NCBI GenBank assembly: GCA_000934665.2 | Contig: JYFJ02009209.1 | Coordinates: 124,001-180,991, forward strand | Origin: Catajapyx aquilonaris | Taxonomy: Eukaryota | DNA: 56,991 nt | Reading direction: 5' to 3' | Shown here: in pieces, positions 24,656-37,162 of the stretch | Layout: each line of letters begins with the position of its first letter | Numbering within the stretch: the first letter of the stretch is position 1 | Notes under the pieces: generated by a model | The model's input: only the letters and a program-made list of their open reading frames with translations | Databases searched by the model: none | What the model was told of the DNA's origin: nothing | Translations under genes and position numbers: made by a program

Positions 24656-26235
24656 TTAGCGAGGAGCATTGTTGAAGTTGAACATAGGGTACATCGGAGC
24701 GTACTGCTTGGTACCACCAGTGTACTCGGAGTCCTCCGCGTCTCTGATGTCCTTGGCTCCGAACATGCACTCCCCATAGGACGGAGGAACTGCAACAATA
24801 CAGATTAGTCGTCTGCAACAATGTGGCTGGCATATGGACTTACGTAGGTCGTATCCTGCAGGCATGGCTGGAGCAGAGGGTGTTGCTCCTGGAGGCGGCA
24901 TGTTCCATCCTGCACCTGCAGGCATCACAGGAGTTACGGCAGCAGCGGGTACCATACCTGGGGGTGCCACGGGCGACGGTACGGCAGGCATGACAGGCGG
25001 TACCGCTCCAGCTGCGTACGGACCGAATCCGGTCGGAACATTCCCGATATTCAGAGGCACCCTGATCCTCAGATTCGGCGAGTAGCATGGCATCGACACG
25101 TCCACCTCAACATCGTAGGTGATGCTCAACACCCTGCAGTGTCCGCCCAGGTTAGTAGGCGGTACCGGCGGTACCGTCAGCTCAACTCCGGACCAAATCT
25201 TCTCCTCTCCAGCACTGATCCCGTCCGTTTTAAGCGCCGTCAACTCCCTGTACTCATGCCTGGTCTTGGACGTCGCATGGTACGCAATTTGCTGGTAGAA
25301 CCGTACGTGCACATCGGACAAATCGCTGTTGCTCTTATTGTAGAACGTGGCATTGACCGCGATCTTCTCTCCAGGCACGAACCCACTCTTGTTCAACGAC
25401 ACCTGGACCTTGATCGGATCCGATGCGCAGCACATGCAACACACCGTCTTCTCATTCTCAGTCGAAGGTATCATCTGCCAAGTATAAGAACCGCATTTAA
25501 TTCGTGTACAGTATACCAGGTACCAGGTGCGATGCAAAAGACACGTACTATGTTCATACGATCCAGATTGAGATCCACGATTGGGTTGACCGTGAATGGT
25601 TCCCTCATATCGTGATCGAACCTCCACGATCGTTTGATCTCGACTTTGACCGAGTACCGTACATATCCGTACGACCCTTCGAAAGAAGCTGGCAGCTGCG
25701 GAGGAAGTGTGAATCCGAACGGAAAAGTGTGTTCGCCCACCATCAACATACCGCCGTTATCTACAAAAAAAAATTAATTTAAAAAAATGGTTATGTCAGT
25801 TCAATTAGCAAACGTTACCTCGGCCTCCGACACACATTTCTGAATGAAAGTATGTGTCTGTCATGCTGTAATGTCTCGTTGTATTTTGATTACCGCTTTT
25901 ATGTGATTCGGTCCAGTGGACATAACCAGTACCTTCGAACTTGACAAACACACCTGAAAAAAAAAAATTGTCGGTACTGTTCATGACCTTCCGGCATGTG
26001 TTTATGTAAATGAAGGAGCGCCCCTGTAGTTATCATATCAGGCGAAAGAGGTCGCATCCACTCAGCCTTGGGCTTATTTTCCATCATGACAACTTCGTTT
26101 CAACATCATCCTTTACGTACCATCAGTTTTCTTCTCCTTATCGAGCAAGATTCCTACTCGTCCGGTCACCACTTCGCCCGGCATGAACGAGGCCGGATTC
26201 CGATCGAAAAACACCTGGAATCCTTTCAAACCCAT
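24656..26235 (-). CDS. Alpha-arrestin gene A7, canonical ARRDC type
   Basis: Motifs MGLKGFQVFFDRNP, LPASFEGSYGYVRY, CCMCC linker, KSGFVPGE, PLNIGNVP, a Pro-rich linker and PPSYGECMFG...YAPMY. Confidence 0.92.
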
Positions 26236-26656
26236 GATGATCTTCGTACACGGAAAAGATGGTGTGTAACACGTAACAAACACCACACCCCACAACTGTA
26301 TACTCCGGCTGAAACGGCGCATGCGTACGTTTTTTTCTATCTAGTGTGTAAATTTAGCGCAGTCGAGAGGATGTAGTAGATGCTGAACGACCTTGAAAGT
26401 TTCGCAAATATTTCGGGCTCGCCAATATACTTACTGAAAGCTGTAGGGCCTACTGTCATCTCAACAATGAACACGTGAACACGAGGAGGCTCAATATTTT
26501 TGTGTGTACCGGTAATAGGTTGTCGACATGATCACGGTGTCCTATAGTCAAGGTCGGTTTCGGTGGAGAGCACATGCCTATCAATAAACCGACTTATCGA
26601 TACGGATAATTGTTAGGTGCTGCTGTTCGTGCACAGTAGGGGCGTCAACTTTTGAT

Positions 26657-27325
26657 TCAACGTTGTCGTAATGCATCGCACCGAATCACCTGGTAATACC
26701 GTCATCAGTATAATACACCCCCAAATAATTATAAGATGGAACTGACCACATTTTGTTGGTCCAGATTGAGATCAACGAGAGGGTTGACAGTGAATGGTTC
26801 CTTGTGCGTGTGGTCGAACCTCCAGGACCGTACGATTGTTGCTTTGGCAGTGTACCGCACGTGTCCATAAGAGGCTTCGAAGGACGTCGGAATCTGGTTC
26901 GGAAGCACGAATGCAAACGTAAAGTGATGCTCTCCAGGATGCAGCACCCCGTTGTCATCTGCGCACCAAAATATAGTATGCAACACTGTATACGTTCGTG
27001 TAAAAAAGTACGGACATACCTCGTCCTCCGATGCACATTTCAGACTGGTAGTACACCTCTTCCTGAGTGTAACTCCTTGTCCGGGTCTCGTTGTTCACCC
27101 GATGCTGCTCGGTCCAATGGACATATCCGACGCCTTTAAGCTTGATAAACACTCCTGAAATAGTTGATGCCAAAATTCAACATGTACACGGTACATCAAC
27201 CAGCGTGTACCTTCAGTCTTCTTATCCTCGTCCAGTACGACCACGACGCGTCCAGTGACCGTGTCAGGCGAGTTGTACACAGCTTCAGGACGGTCGAACA
27301 CGATATCGAATCGCGTCAATCCCAT
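26657..27325 (-). pseudogene. Truncated alpha-arrestin A8 (N-domain only)
   Basis: Three normal exons (MGLTRFDIVFDRP, IPTSFEASYGHVRY, PFTVNPLVDLN). The next acceptor (26689) leads to a stop after 10 codons, and no arrestin_C exons lie before A7. Confidence 0.7.
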
Positions 27326-28181
27326 GGCACTAACAGGTACACAATAGCACGTGCTCTTCCGATTCGAATCCGTGTACGTATTTTAAAAAATCCGACGTCG
27401 ACGACGCCTGCGTCGAAACCTTTCTGGCCTCTTGGGCGCCAACTGTATCGATCCAGCAGCCCCTCCCAAGACGTCATGACGTGAAAATGACATGTTTGTC
27501 AATATTCGAAGGGGGCGGGCTGGAAGTTTTCTTAGAACAACACAAAATTTGGTTTGAATAAATTTGCAGTCCATGTTACGATAACTTATGAGGGCACGCG
27601 ACCGATGCCAAGGCCGGAAGTGCTGGTCAAGGTTCACGGAAATGCAGGGGGCGGATTCCGCAGTCGTAAAGTACAGGAATAGAAACTCTCGAATAAGGAG
27701 TGTTGAAAAGGAAAGGGGGGTTAACAACTCCTTAGAGATCCGGTCGAGAAATACTGCGAAAGAACTGCAGTTTTGAAACGCCTTCTTCAAATCCTCCGGA
27801 TGTTTGGCCGACCTGTTAGTACCACTATCACCCGCACGACTTCAGAGTGGCAGGAGTGTGCAGGGGAATGGTGCGCCATCTATGCGTGAAGAATAGTATA
27901 AGGGAGATCGGGGTCGGTTGTAACATGGCCAATAATAAAATACGTTTGGAAGGCGCCAACTGGTAGGGGGTCTATCGCACTACATCCAGAGTGAAGGGTG
28001 GGCCAAGCAGTGTTGGCAAAATTTGGAGTCCGCCATTAGTTCTTCTCTAGAAATGAATAGAGTGCAACAACACCTAGTCTGCACATTGCTGATCAATTTT
28101 ATTTAGAGGCCACACTGTCGTTAGCCTACGCGTTGTAAAATACAGCATGGATGAAAATAATTTCGGGATGTCCATTCTTCT

Positions 28182-30030
28182 TCATAAGACATCCTCAGCC
28201 AGAACTGCTACATAAATTCTCATCACCGCCACCTCTGTACTGACATTAGTTGTCGGGTCGATTCTATTCCATGAGATTCGGAATCTCGCTATGTCATTCG
28301 CGTCTCTCTGCTGATCGTCACCGTCAGCTCCTGTGTCAGCAGTCGGACACTGGTCGTCAACTATGTCCTCGTCGCCTGAGCTGCTTTCAGCGTCGCTTTC
28401 GCCGTTGCCTTCCTCTTCATCGTTATCATTTTCGTCGTCGACGTTGGCCTCCTGATCGCCCTCTTCGCTGTTATGATCCGCATCGTTCTCGTCGTCCTGC
28501 CCATCGTTATTGTCGTCTGCCTGACCGTCGACCTCCATCTCCTCGTCGCTGTCCTCCTGGTCGCTGATGACCTCGTCGACCACCAGCCTGACCTTGATCT
28601 GCTTTGAGAAGTGATCGTACTGGCTGAAGGTCTCCTCAACCGACTCCTCCGACTCCTCCAGATCCCAGAAATGTATGCGCAATGACTCGAGGTCAGTCCC
28701 GAACCCGTTGAACACGGCCGGTAGTATCTCGAGTGTCAACCCGGAGCTGCTCAGGCACAGACTCCTCAGACTCCTCATGGGGTTGTAGCTGGTCATCTCC
28801 CAGAAGAAGGCGTCGGTCAGGATGTTCCCGTGATGGCCCACCACGAGCTCCGTGATGTCCGAGCAGTGCGACGTCAGGCAGCGGAGGTGGATCGTGTCCA
28901 GGTGGCCCTCGTCGTCCACTATCGTCAGGCGGTTCAGGTGTCTAAACGGAGTGTCCAACATCCTCACCGTGGGCAGACGAGGGGCCATGGATAAGTTTGT
29001 GATGAGGGAGAGCGACGTCAGGTTCGGAAACAAGCACCTGGAGTTGTATAGAAATAATTACATTTACAGTGTGTATAAATGCATTTAAGTTACGATAATT
29101 TAGTTTTATTGAAACGCTTACCACAGCTGCTGGATGTCCAGGCAGGTACAGTCAGACACAGAGAGCACCGTGAAAAATCCTGCTGATCATGGTGACGGAG
29201 CTGCTCCTGGTGCTGCTGTACATTTCCAAGTAGGTCAGGTCCTTCATGATCGGTAGGTGTTTGACGGCCTCTGCTGACACTGTGGCCCATGACGTGTTTA
29301 ACCTGAGTCGCTTGCACTTGCGATGAAACGCTCCGCACATGTCCAGCTTGGTGTCCGAGTTGACCGCCTGTTCGGCCAGCTTCAGTATGGCCTCGGTGTA
29401 CGAGTCGGCAAAGAGGTGCGGTATGGTCTGGATGTACCAGTGTAATTCCATCAAGCGAGTGTAAACCTCCTTGCAGGTGTCCCACAACTGGTCTAGGGTA
29501 CTTACCATCATTACATGCAACGGTGTTGACGATGGACTGGGACTAGTGACTGAAACACAAGGATTGAACAGTTGAAATAGTTGTACCAAAACATGGCAAC
29601 ACTGCCTTTAGCAGAACCCACGGTCTTATAATATCAATGCTATAAGTGCTAATGGCAGAATCGTCTGCCAGGATCGCCACAGACTTGAGCACTATACAGC
29701 AGCGCCGAAGCGGCAACCCCATTCCCTACAGTTTCCAGACCTGTATATTATAAGACCGTGACGTTGATGATGAGCCACCATGGACAAAGTCTCGCCTGGA
29801 GCCAATTATATATTAGGATTACCGCTGAGGTAGAGACTTGATACATCCTGTCCTTTGACCATGACGTGATCGAACAGAACTGCCCGACAGTTCCATACGA
29901 AGGAGGTTCGGTTGAGATGTCCTCCATGCGGGAAGCGTCTGTGGACGCTCCTGAGGGCGTCGGCTATGGTGCCGACGAGCTGCTTCAGGCTACTGATCTC
30001 CAGCGACTCCGGTTGGAGGTAAACCGGCAT
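28182..30030 (-). pseudogene. Internally deleted copy of the LRR-like/acidic gene
   Basis: Same first exon (MPVYLQPESLE) and last exon as the intact copy. About 0.73 kb (copy-1 ~18200-18935) is missing, giving a frameshift and a stop at 29152. The acidic repeat is shorter. Confidence 0.8.
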
Positions 30031-30467
30031 GGCTGCAACACGACAACAAGCTGGATGAGGAAGCTGAATGGTGAATTTCTGGTCGGATGGGATGGGAATG
30101 ATGGGTGAATTCCAAAATTTAATGTGAATTTAATATGAGTTTGTGTACATTGCTCGTATGAGTCGTATCTATAGCAATAATATATTATTAACGAAAATAA
30201 TGGCCAGTGGCGCCAGTATACGATGCTGGACAAGCGGACAACAATAAGTACTCATGGACAGTTCTGCTGCGCGAGTGAGGGTGCGCAGTCGGTTGCGTTC
30301 GTTAAAAAATACTCGTCTTAGGCCAGGTTCCACCGGCTCCCTGAAAATTTATCCGGCCGAAGAAGAGCCAGGATATAGTTTGTTATTCATTGTTGACAGC
30401 ATTGTTGAGCTGCTGTCAGGGCGGACAAACATCCGACGGAGAGAAATAGAGCATTAAAAAAAGAAAG

Positions 30468-30690
30468 TTTGCCAAATTTTGGCAATTCTGGTTCACCAGT
30501 CATATAGAATTGGCTAGACGTGACTTTGTCCCCACACGCGTTGACTCAGCACCAACGTGCATGTAGTTACCGGATTTCCCCGTGGAGTGGCAGCAGTGTG
30601 CAGAGAGGGAGGATGCTCGGCAATCTGGTTGTGGCATATCGTACTATGTCCAAGCGGGCCGGGCAGTGTTGCCAGATTTTGGCAACAGAT
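30468..30690. mobile_element. Repeat family X copy
   Basis: Reverse complement of 14168-14385. Confidence 0.65.
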
Positions 30691-30834
30691 TCACTACTAG
30701 TGTGTGGTATAACATGCTATATATTTTATTGATAACACTCTCCGCGGTTGGTTGAACCTTGGTCGTACAATAATGTCTACGTGGTTGTTGCAATATTGGA
30801 ATATACATGAATATACGGTAAGATCTCTTCGGCT

Positions 30835-32413
30835 TTACGTGGGCTTGAATATGGGGTACATTGGTGCGAACTGCTTGGTACCGCCTTCGTACTGGTTGTC
30901 TCCTTGCTCTCGGATGTCCTGCGCTCCGAACATGCACGCCTGGTAGTTGGACGGGGCTGGAAGTACACACGAGTTTGTTTGGAATGGGAACACCCTGTAC
31001 CGACACATACTTACGTAGAAGAGGGTAGATGACGTGCGGTGCGCTGGGCTGGTACGGCGTGTGCGACGGCGGATGTCCGGCCATTAGCGCTGGGTTGTTC
31101 CATCCGAATGGTTCACCAGGGTACAGCGTGGTCGCAGCCTCAGGTGTGGAGTACGGCGAACCACTGACGTTGTCCATCAGCGGTACGGTCCCGATGGTCA
31201 CCGGTATGCTCAGGTACAGGTTGGTCGTGTAGAACGGTGTCGACACCAGCATCTGATATAAGCAACTGTCAGCAACAGTCCAACCGTACCGTATATGAAC
31301 TCACATGAAAATCGTACGTGACTTGTATGACTGCGCTGAACCCTCCCAGTCCTGTCGGTGGCAACGGCGGTACCACCATGGTCTCCTTCTCCCATACCTG
31401 CTTCTGTCCGGCCTCCAGTCCGTTCTTCTTCAGCTCGACCAACTCCCGGACGTCCACTTTGGACTTACGAGGCGTGACATACCGGACAGTCTGCTGCAAA
31501 GACGCAGCCACCGAGGACATCCTCTGGTTGCTATTGTTGGTCACCTCCGCATCTATCACGATAGACTCCCCTGGGACAAACCCGCTCTTGTTCAACGTCA
31601 CCTTCAGAAGGATAGGCCTCGACTTGCAGCACCAGCAACCCAAGTTTTTGTCCGTCTCCACCGTGGGCGCCATCTGCACATTGGCATTACAATGTAATTG
31701 CTCATTGCAACAATGTGCAAACGGACTTACCTTGTTGGTAGGATTTGAGTTGAGGTCCACCAGGGAGTTGACCGTGAATGGTTCCTTTACAACGTGGTCA
31801 AACCTCCATGACCGTACGATCTTCGCTCTGGCCGTGTACCTCACGTTTCCGTACGTTCCTTCAAACGACGACGGCAACGCTGACGGTAACGGAAACGCGA
31901 ACGGAAAGCCATGCTCTCCAGCCGGTATCACACCATCTGAGGATTAATATCGTTAATATTCCCACCGTAATCAGGAAGGGGTATACCTGTACCGTTTCCT
32001 CCGATGCACGTCTGCATCGTGAAGTACACCTCTTCCGCCATGTAGTCCTCCGAGTCTCGTTGCTGTCTATCCGATTTATCCAGACTCTCGTTCCTCTCAA
32101 CCCAATGTGTGAATCCTTTTCCTTCCAGCTTCAGAAACACACCTGCGCAACAATATAACATGTCCATAACTTTTTAATTTTTTGCATAATTATATAAGGT
32201 TGGCACTACTGCCGGAATGTTTCCTCAGGTGCGGGTGCAATAAGCTCGAATCTATTTATGTCCCCACACGCAGCACCATTCGCTGTACATACACTTACCT
32301 TCAGTTTTCTTGGGCTTGTCCACCGCAACAATGACCCTTCCTGACACAGTCTCGTTCGGGTAGTAAGCCGGAGTGGTCCGATCGAACAATACGTTGAACT
32401 TGATGAGTCCCAT
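30835..32413 (-). CDS. Alpha-arrestin gene A9
   Basis: Motifs MGLIKFNVLFDRTTP, LPSSFEGTYGNVRY, GCWCC, KSGFVPGE and PVTIGTVP; tail PPSNYQACMFG...FAPMYPIFKPT*. Confidence 0.9.
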
Positions 32414-32792
32414 CCTTAGGCGAAAATTGCACAGGCGAACTATCCTCCGATGGCTGTGTATCTCGAGAGAAGCACGGAGGCACAATGCGTAGAATATTTT
32501 AACAACCAATAGTCATTGTAGCCTGTGTGGGGGTTGAGTGAGAGGCAAGGAAGGGGCCGATAGTCTGGGTTACAGACCTTGGAAGGAATGAACGTACGAT
32601 GGGCAGTTTGCCCCCATCTATTTATAACATCCGCCCTATAAACACACAGCACCAGTACGGCTCGCCATACATTCATTTTTTTCCCCCCAAGCTGTGCTCC
32701 CGATGCATGTAACAGCACCGTTAAATAAATTAATAAAATATCAGGTTTTTAGTTATTAACACGACATGTGCCCAGAAGTTTAATCGCAACAA

Positions 32793-34001
32793 TTACACGT
32801 CTATTGTTGGAACGTCGAGGGCATCACCAGCAGGTCCTTTCTTCAAAATTTTGGATTGGCAGAAGGGACATGGTTGTCCATTGCCGGTACCCTTCGCCAG
32901 TACGCTCCCGATTGTCACAGGGCAGGACAGCACCAAGTCCTTTTGGAACATGTGCAGTCCCTTCAGCTTGATCTGCACACACACAAAGTCAGTTACCACA
33001 AAAAGATTAGTACTTGCTGTACGTGTACTTACGTTTAGAGTGTACATGATCGATATGATGCGGCATGTACCGTTGATCGACGTGACTGGCAGGCTTCTAG
33101 GTATGGTCAGAACGAGGTTGTCAGACATCCAGGAGCTTCTCAGGGGCGCTGCACGACCCTTGACCTTCCGCACTTCAATGACCTCCTTGTTTGTGCACCT
33201 TCCTGACCTGTACGTGACATGCTGCACCAAACTGACCGTCACCAACCGCGGCTTCCGTCCGCTGGCCACGTCCGCTTTGAACCCAATGGACTGACCACCA
33301 ACGAACCCTCTCTTCTTCAGCCATACCATCAGAGTGTCCGTGTCCTTCAAGTGTCTCCACAATCTGGTCCGGTCCGGTTCCGAATTTTCCTATATGCAAG
33401 AGACCATATGTCGTACCGGTACAGTATACGAAAAGTGTGTCTGACCTCATGCAACGCCCCTTGTTTGCAAGGTAGTATGCCCAGATCCAGATGACCAATG
33501 ACCACGAAAGGCTTGATGACCACGTCGTTCTTCTTCCATTTGGACCGTTCGATCATTGCGACCGCCTTGTACACTACGTATCCCCACCGTCCAAGGAAGG
33601 TCTGCGGTACGTTCTTGGACAAGGTGCAAGAAAACTTGAAGGTATGCTCACCTTTCTGAAGCCTGATTTCTGAAAATGATCATAGTTACGTTCGTGTACG
33701 GACAGAAATGTTGCGGCGGACAATACCTTCGTCCTTGTACAGGCATCGGTTGAAGTTGATGTAGTGTTCACGATCAGTCTTGAAACTCATTTGAGTCGGA
33801 AACATGACGTACGCCTGGCCGTAAATCTTCAGGTATATCCCTGCACACAACAATGGTCAGTCATATACAGACAGTATAGAGCGATGACGTACCTGTTGTG
33901 CTGATTGCTTTATCCAGCGTTATCTTCACTTCTCCAGACACTACTTCTCCAGGATGGTACCTGGGAGGATCCCGGTCCAGCAAAATCTCAAACTGCTTCA
34001 T
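32793..34001 (-). CDS. Alpha-arrestin gene A10 (A10-A12 subfamily, no PY tail)
   Basis: Motifs MKQFEILLDRDPPRYHPGEVVSG, VPQTFLGRWGYVVY, KRGFVGGQ and CPVTIGSV; tail CPFC...PTIDV*. Confidence 0.82.
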
Positions 34002-34094
34002 TTTTTTTTCCAATTCTGACTCACGCAACAATTGGGGGGGGCTTATCGGCTTGGAAACAACGAACATACTGTTGCTCAAGTTTATTCGCAACAA

Positions 34095-35358
34095 TTACAA
34101 CGCATTTGTACTGGGCACTTGGCCTTCAGCACCGGACACTTGTTTTCTCAACACGTTGATCTCGCAGTTGGGACACCTTCGAGGTACGAAATCGCCAGGT
34201 CCTTCGGGTGCACCTTCTGTCTTCTTTTCCTTCACCGGTACGCTACCGATTGTTATGGGAGTCGACGTTCGTAGGTCCTTTTGGCACAGTCCACGGCTCT
34301 TCAACTTGACCTATATGCAACACTGTATTATTGTACTAACCGGTTCGGTTCTGCGAAGTTGTCCCAAAACTTACATTCAAGGTGTACTGTATTGCGATGA
34401 TTCCGCATGTTCCGTCCGTCGACGTGACAGGCGCATACCTCGGTACGGTCAGCAGCATGTCGTCACACATCCTCGACTGTCCCTCAGGCAACGCACGACC
34501 TTTCACCTTGCACACCTTATGCTGTTCGGTCACTGTACAACCGCCCGATTTGTACGTGACGTGCTGTACCAATGCGACTGACACCTGTCGTGCTTCGGTC
34601 ATGTTCTCACACTCGGACAGGATGCGAAGGAACTGTCCACCGACGCAACCCTTCTCGTTCAGACGTGTCCGCAACGTGATCTGTTGTCTCGTACACCCCC
34701 ACATTCCGTACCGTTCCGATTCAATGTGTGCCGGCTGCAATTGTTACAAAATATGACACATGAAATTGTTGGCGAGAACAATGCCGACCTCATGCGTTGC
34801 TCGAATATTGTTGAGATCCAGATGCCCCACCACAACAAAGGTCCTGGTGGCAACAACGCTCTTTTTCCACTTCCTCTCAATTGTTGCGAGTGTCTTGTAC
34901 GTGATGTAACCCCATCTGCCTTGGAATGACTGCGGTATGTTCTTGGGCAGGACGCAAAAGAACTTGAAGCTGTACTGCCCTTGCTGAAGCTCACCGCTCT
35001 CTGTGTAATAATTGCAACTTCAATAAACAAATGACTTCAAGTGAATGTACATACCTGTGTCCTGATAAACGCAAGTGTTGCAATTAATGTAGTTTTCACG
35101 GTCAGCTGTGAACCCTGTGAAGCTTCCATTGTCCGGAAACATAACGTACGCCTGTCCGTATATCTTCAGGTATATCCCTACACACGCAACAATGCGTACT
35201 TATTATTAGAATGAAGCATTGTGTACGTACAAACACTCACCTGTAGTGATCATGCCTTTGCTGAGTGTTATCTGGACTTCTCCGGATATTTTCTCCCCCG
35301 GTTTGTACCTGGCCGGACTCCGGTCATACAAAACCTCGAAATGCTTCACCCGACCCAT
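34095..35358 (-). CDS. Alpha-arrestin gene A11
   Basis: Motifs MGRVKHFEVLYDRSPARYKPGE, IPQSFQGRWGYITY and TPITIGSVP; tail CPNC...STNAL*. Confidence 0.82.
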
Positions 35359-35595
35359 TTTGCAGAAGAAATTTTGGCCGACCACACGACAATAAATTTT
35401 GCAGTCGCATAGCAATTATTATCCTAATATTAGAATTTAAAAATACGAACCAAGTATAGAGTTGGTGTGAAAAAAAATCGTGTGTTGCCTTTTACTAAAT
35501 ACATATATTTTTTTGCAAGCTGTAATCCCAATATGATTACACCAAAATGTTGTTGCCATTATTTTGCATCTGGTCATCAAGATGCTGGGCTCGTG

Positions 35596-36873
35596 TTATG
35601 CTGGGACAATCTGCTCTTCGTCGTCGGTCATCTCATCCGTCGGTACGCATGCTGGTGTCGACGGTGTGTTCAGATGTAGCCGTTGGGCCCAGGGGCGAGC
35701 ACTCCTCCTTTTGATCTGTAAGGACGAGTCTCATGGTCAGATCAAAGCTTTTGGGTATACTGTACCAGAAACTGACTTTTAGAGTGTACTGTATGTCGAG
35801 GATCCGGCAGTGTCCGTCCATCGAAGGGAGTGGCAGGTACATAGGACCTGTTGGCACCACGTAGTCCCATATCCACGACTGTCCCGCAGGCACCTTGACC
35901 ACCTTTCGTCTCTCGATGAAGAAGCTCCATCCTGACCTGTACGTGACCTTCTGCACCACGCTGATCGCCCAAGGCAGCGACTGTCTCTCATCCTCGAGTG
36001 TGAATGTCCTACACTCTCGTTTCCATCTCTTCTCCCTCAGCCAGGACCACAACTTGAACGGGTGTTTCTTCAACCCCCACAGGGTGTACCAGTTCATTCT
36101 CAGGCAGTCAGGCTGACCATTCATAATATTGAACAATCCTTATTAGTGGCTTATGATGCAGGCCAACGAACGTTATTGTGGCTTTGCCAATATGGAGGTG
36201 ATGAACGTTATTGTGGCTTTGCCAATATGGAGGTGATGAACGTTATTGTGGCTTTACCAATTATTGTGTCTTTGTGAGGTACTGACAGTGCCTTACCACG
36301 TGCGAGGCTGGTAGGTTGTTGAGAAGCACGAGTCCGGCCACCACGAAGGTCCTGGTGACCTCGATGTTCTTCCACTTTGACCTCTCGATGACCGCCTGTG
36401 CTTTGTAACTGACATGACCCCATTTGCCCTGGAAGGACTGCGGTATGTTCCGAGGCAGGAAGTAAGAGAATTTGAAGGAATGCTGGCCCTTCTCAAGCTC
36501 ACCGCTCTCTGTAATTTTGAGGGGGGTCAAAGGTCAGCACAATTACCGGACACTATAGGGACATTTGCACATTACCGCAATTACGGTACAGGCATCGTCG
36601 AAGGTTGATGTAACTTTCACGATCAGCTTTGAACTTTATCAGTGATTCTGTGTCCGGAAATAGGACTATTGCTCGTCCGTAGATCTTGAGATACACACCT
36701 GTATACACAACAATGCAAACACAATTGTACTGGAAATGACAACAAATATACGTACCTGTTGTGCTGATGGATTTGTTCAGGGTTATCCTCACTTTTCCGG
36801 ATATCCTCTCTCCGGATTGGTACCTGGCCGGATTCTGATCGAACGATATTTCAAAATGCTTCACGACGCCCAT
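35596..36873 (-). CDS. Alpha-arrestin gene A12; C-domain strongly diverged, possibly decaying
   Basis: Motifs MGVVKHFEISFDQNP and IPQSFQGKWGHVSY. The C-domain exon is open but lacks GFVxG, and PSTPACVP replaces PITIGSVP. Confidence 0.65.
36168..36261. repeat. 35-bp tandem repeat (~2.7 copies) in an A12 intron
   Basis: GAACGTTATTGTGGCTTTGCCAATATGGAGGTGAT starts at 36168, 36203 and 36238 (last copy partial). Confidence 0.85.
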
Positions 36874-37162
36874 CCTTTTAACATTCTTGGAATTTATTTT
36901 TAACCTGGAACAACAACAATCGGGCTTTCCCAATCGGCTTGGAAACAATAAACAAATGATGTCAACAAACAAACCAGTAACAATAATTTTTATTCAGCCT
37001 TTTTTTTCTTCCTGACAATATAACACGTGCAAATGTTGCAACGTCGCGTAACGGTTGAACAACAATGTGTAATAAATATCACTGCAACACATTGTTCATG
37101 TCCAGTTATAATTGCTGTGATTTGTGGGTATGATGTTACGCGTGCAGAAAAGTTGCCCGGGT

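Larger units (their letters stand above)
27787..30756. repeat. Right arm of the large inverted segmental duplication
   Basis: Reverse complement of most of 14099-20442; lacks the foldback element and the 14439-14770 block. Confidence 0.9.
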
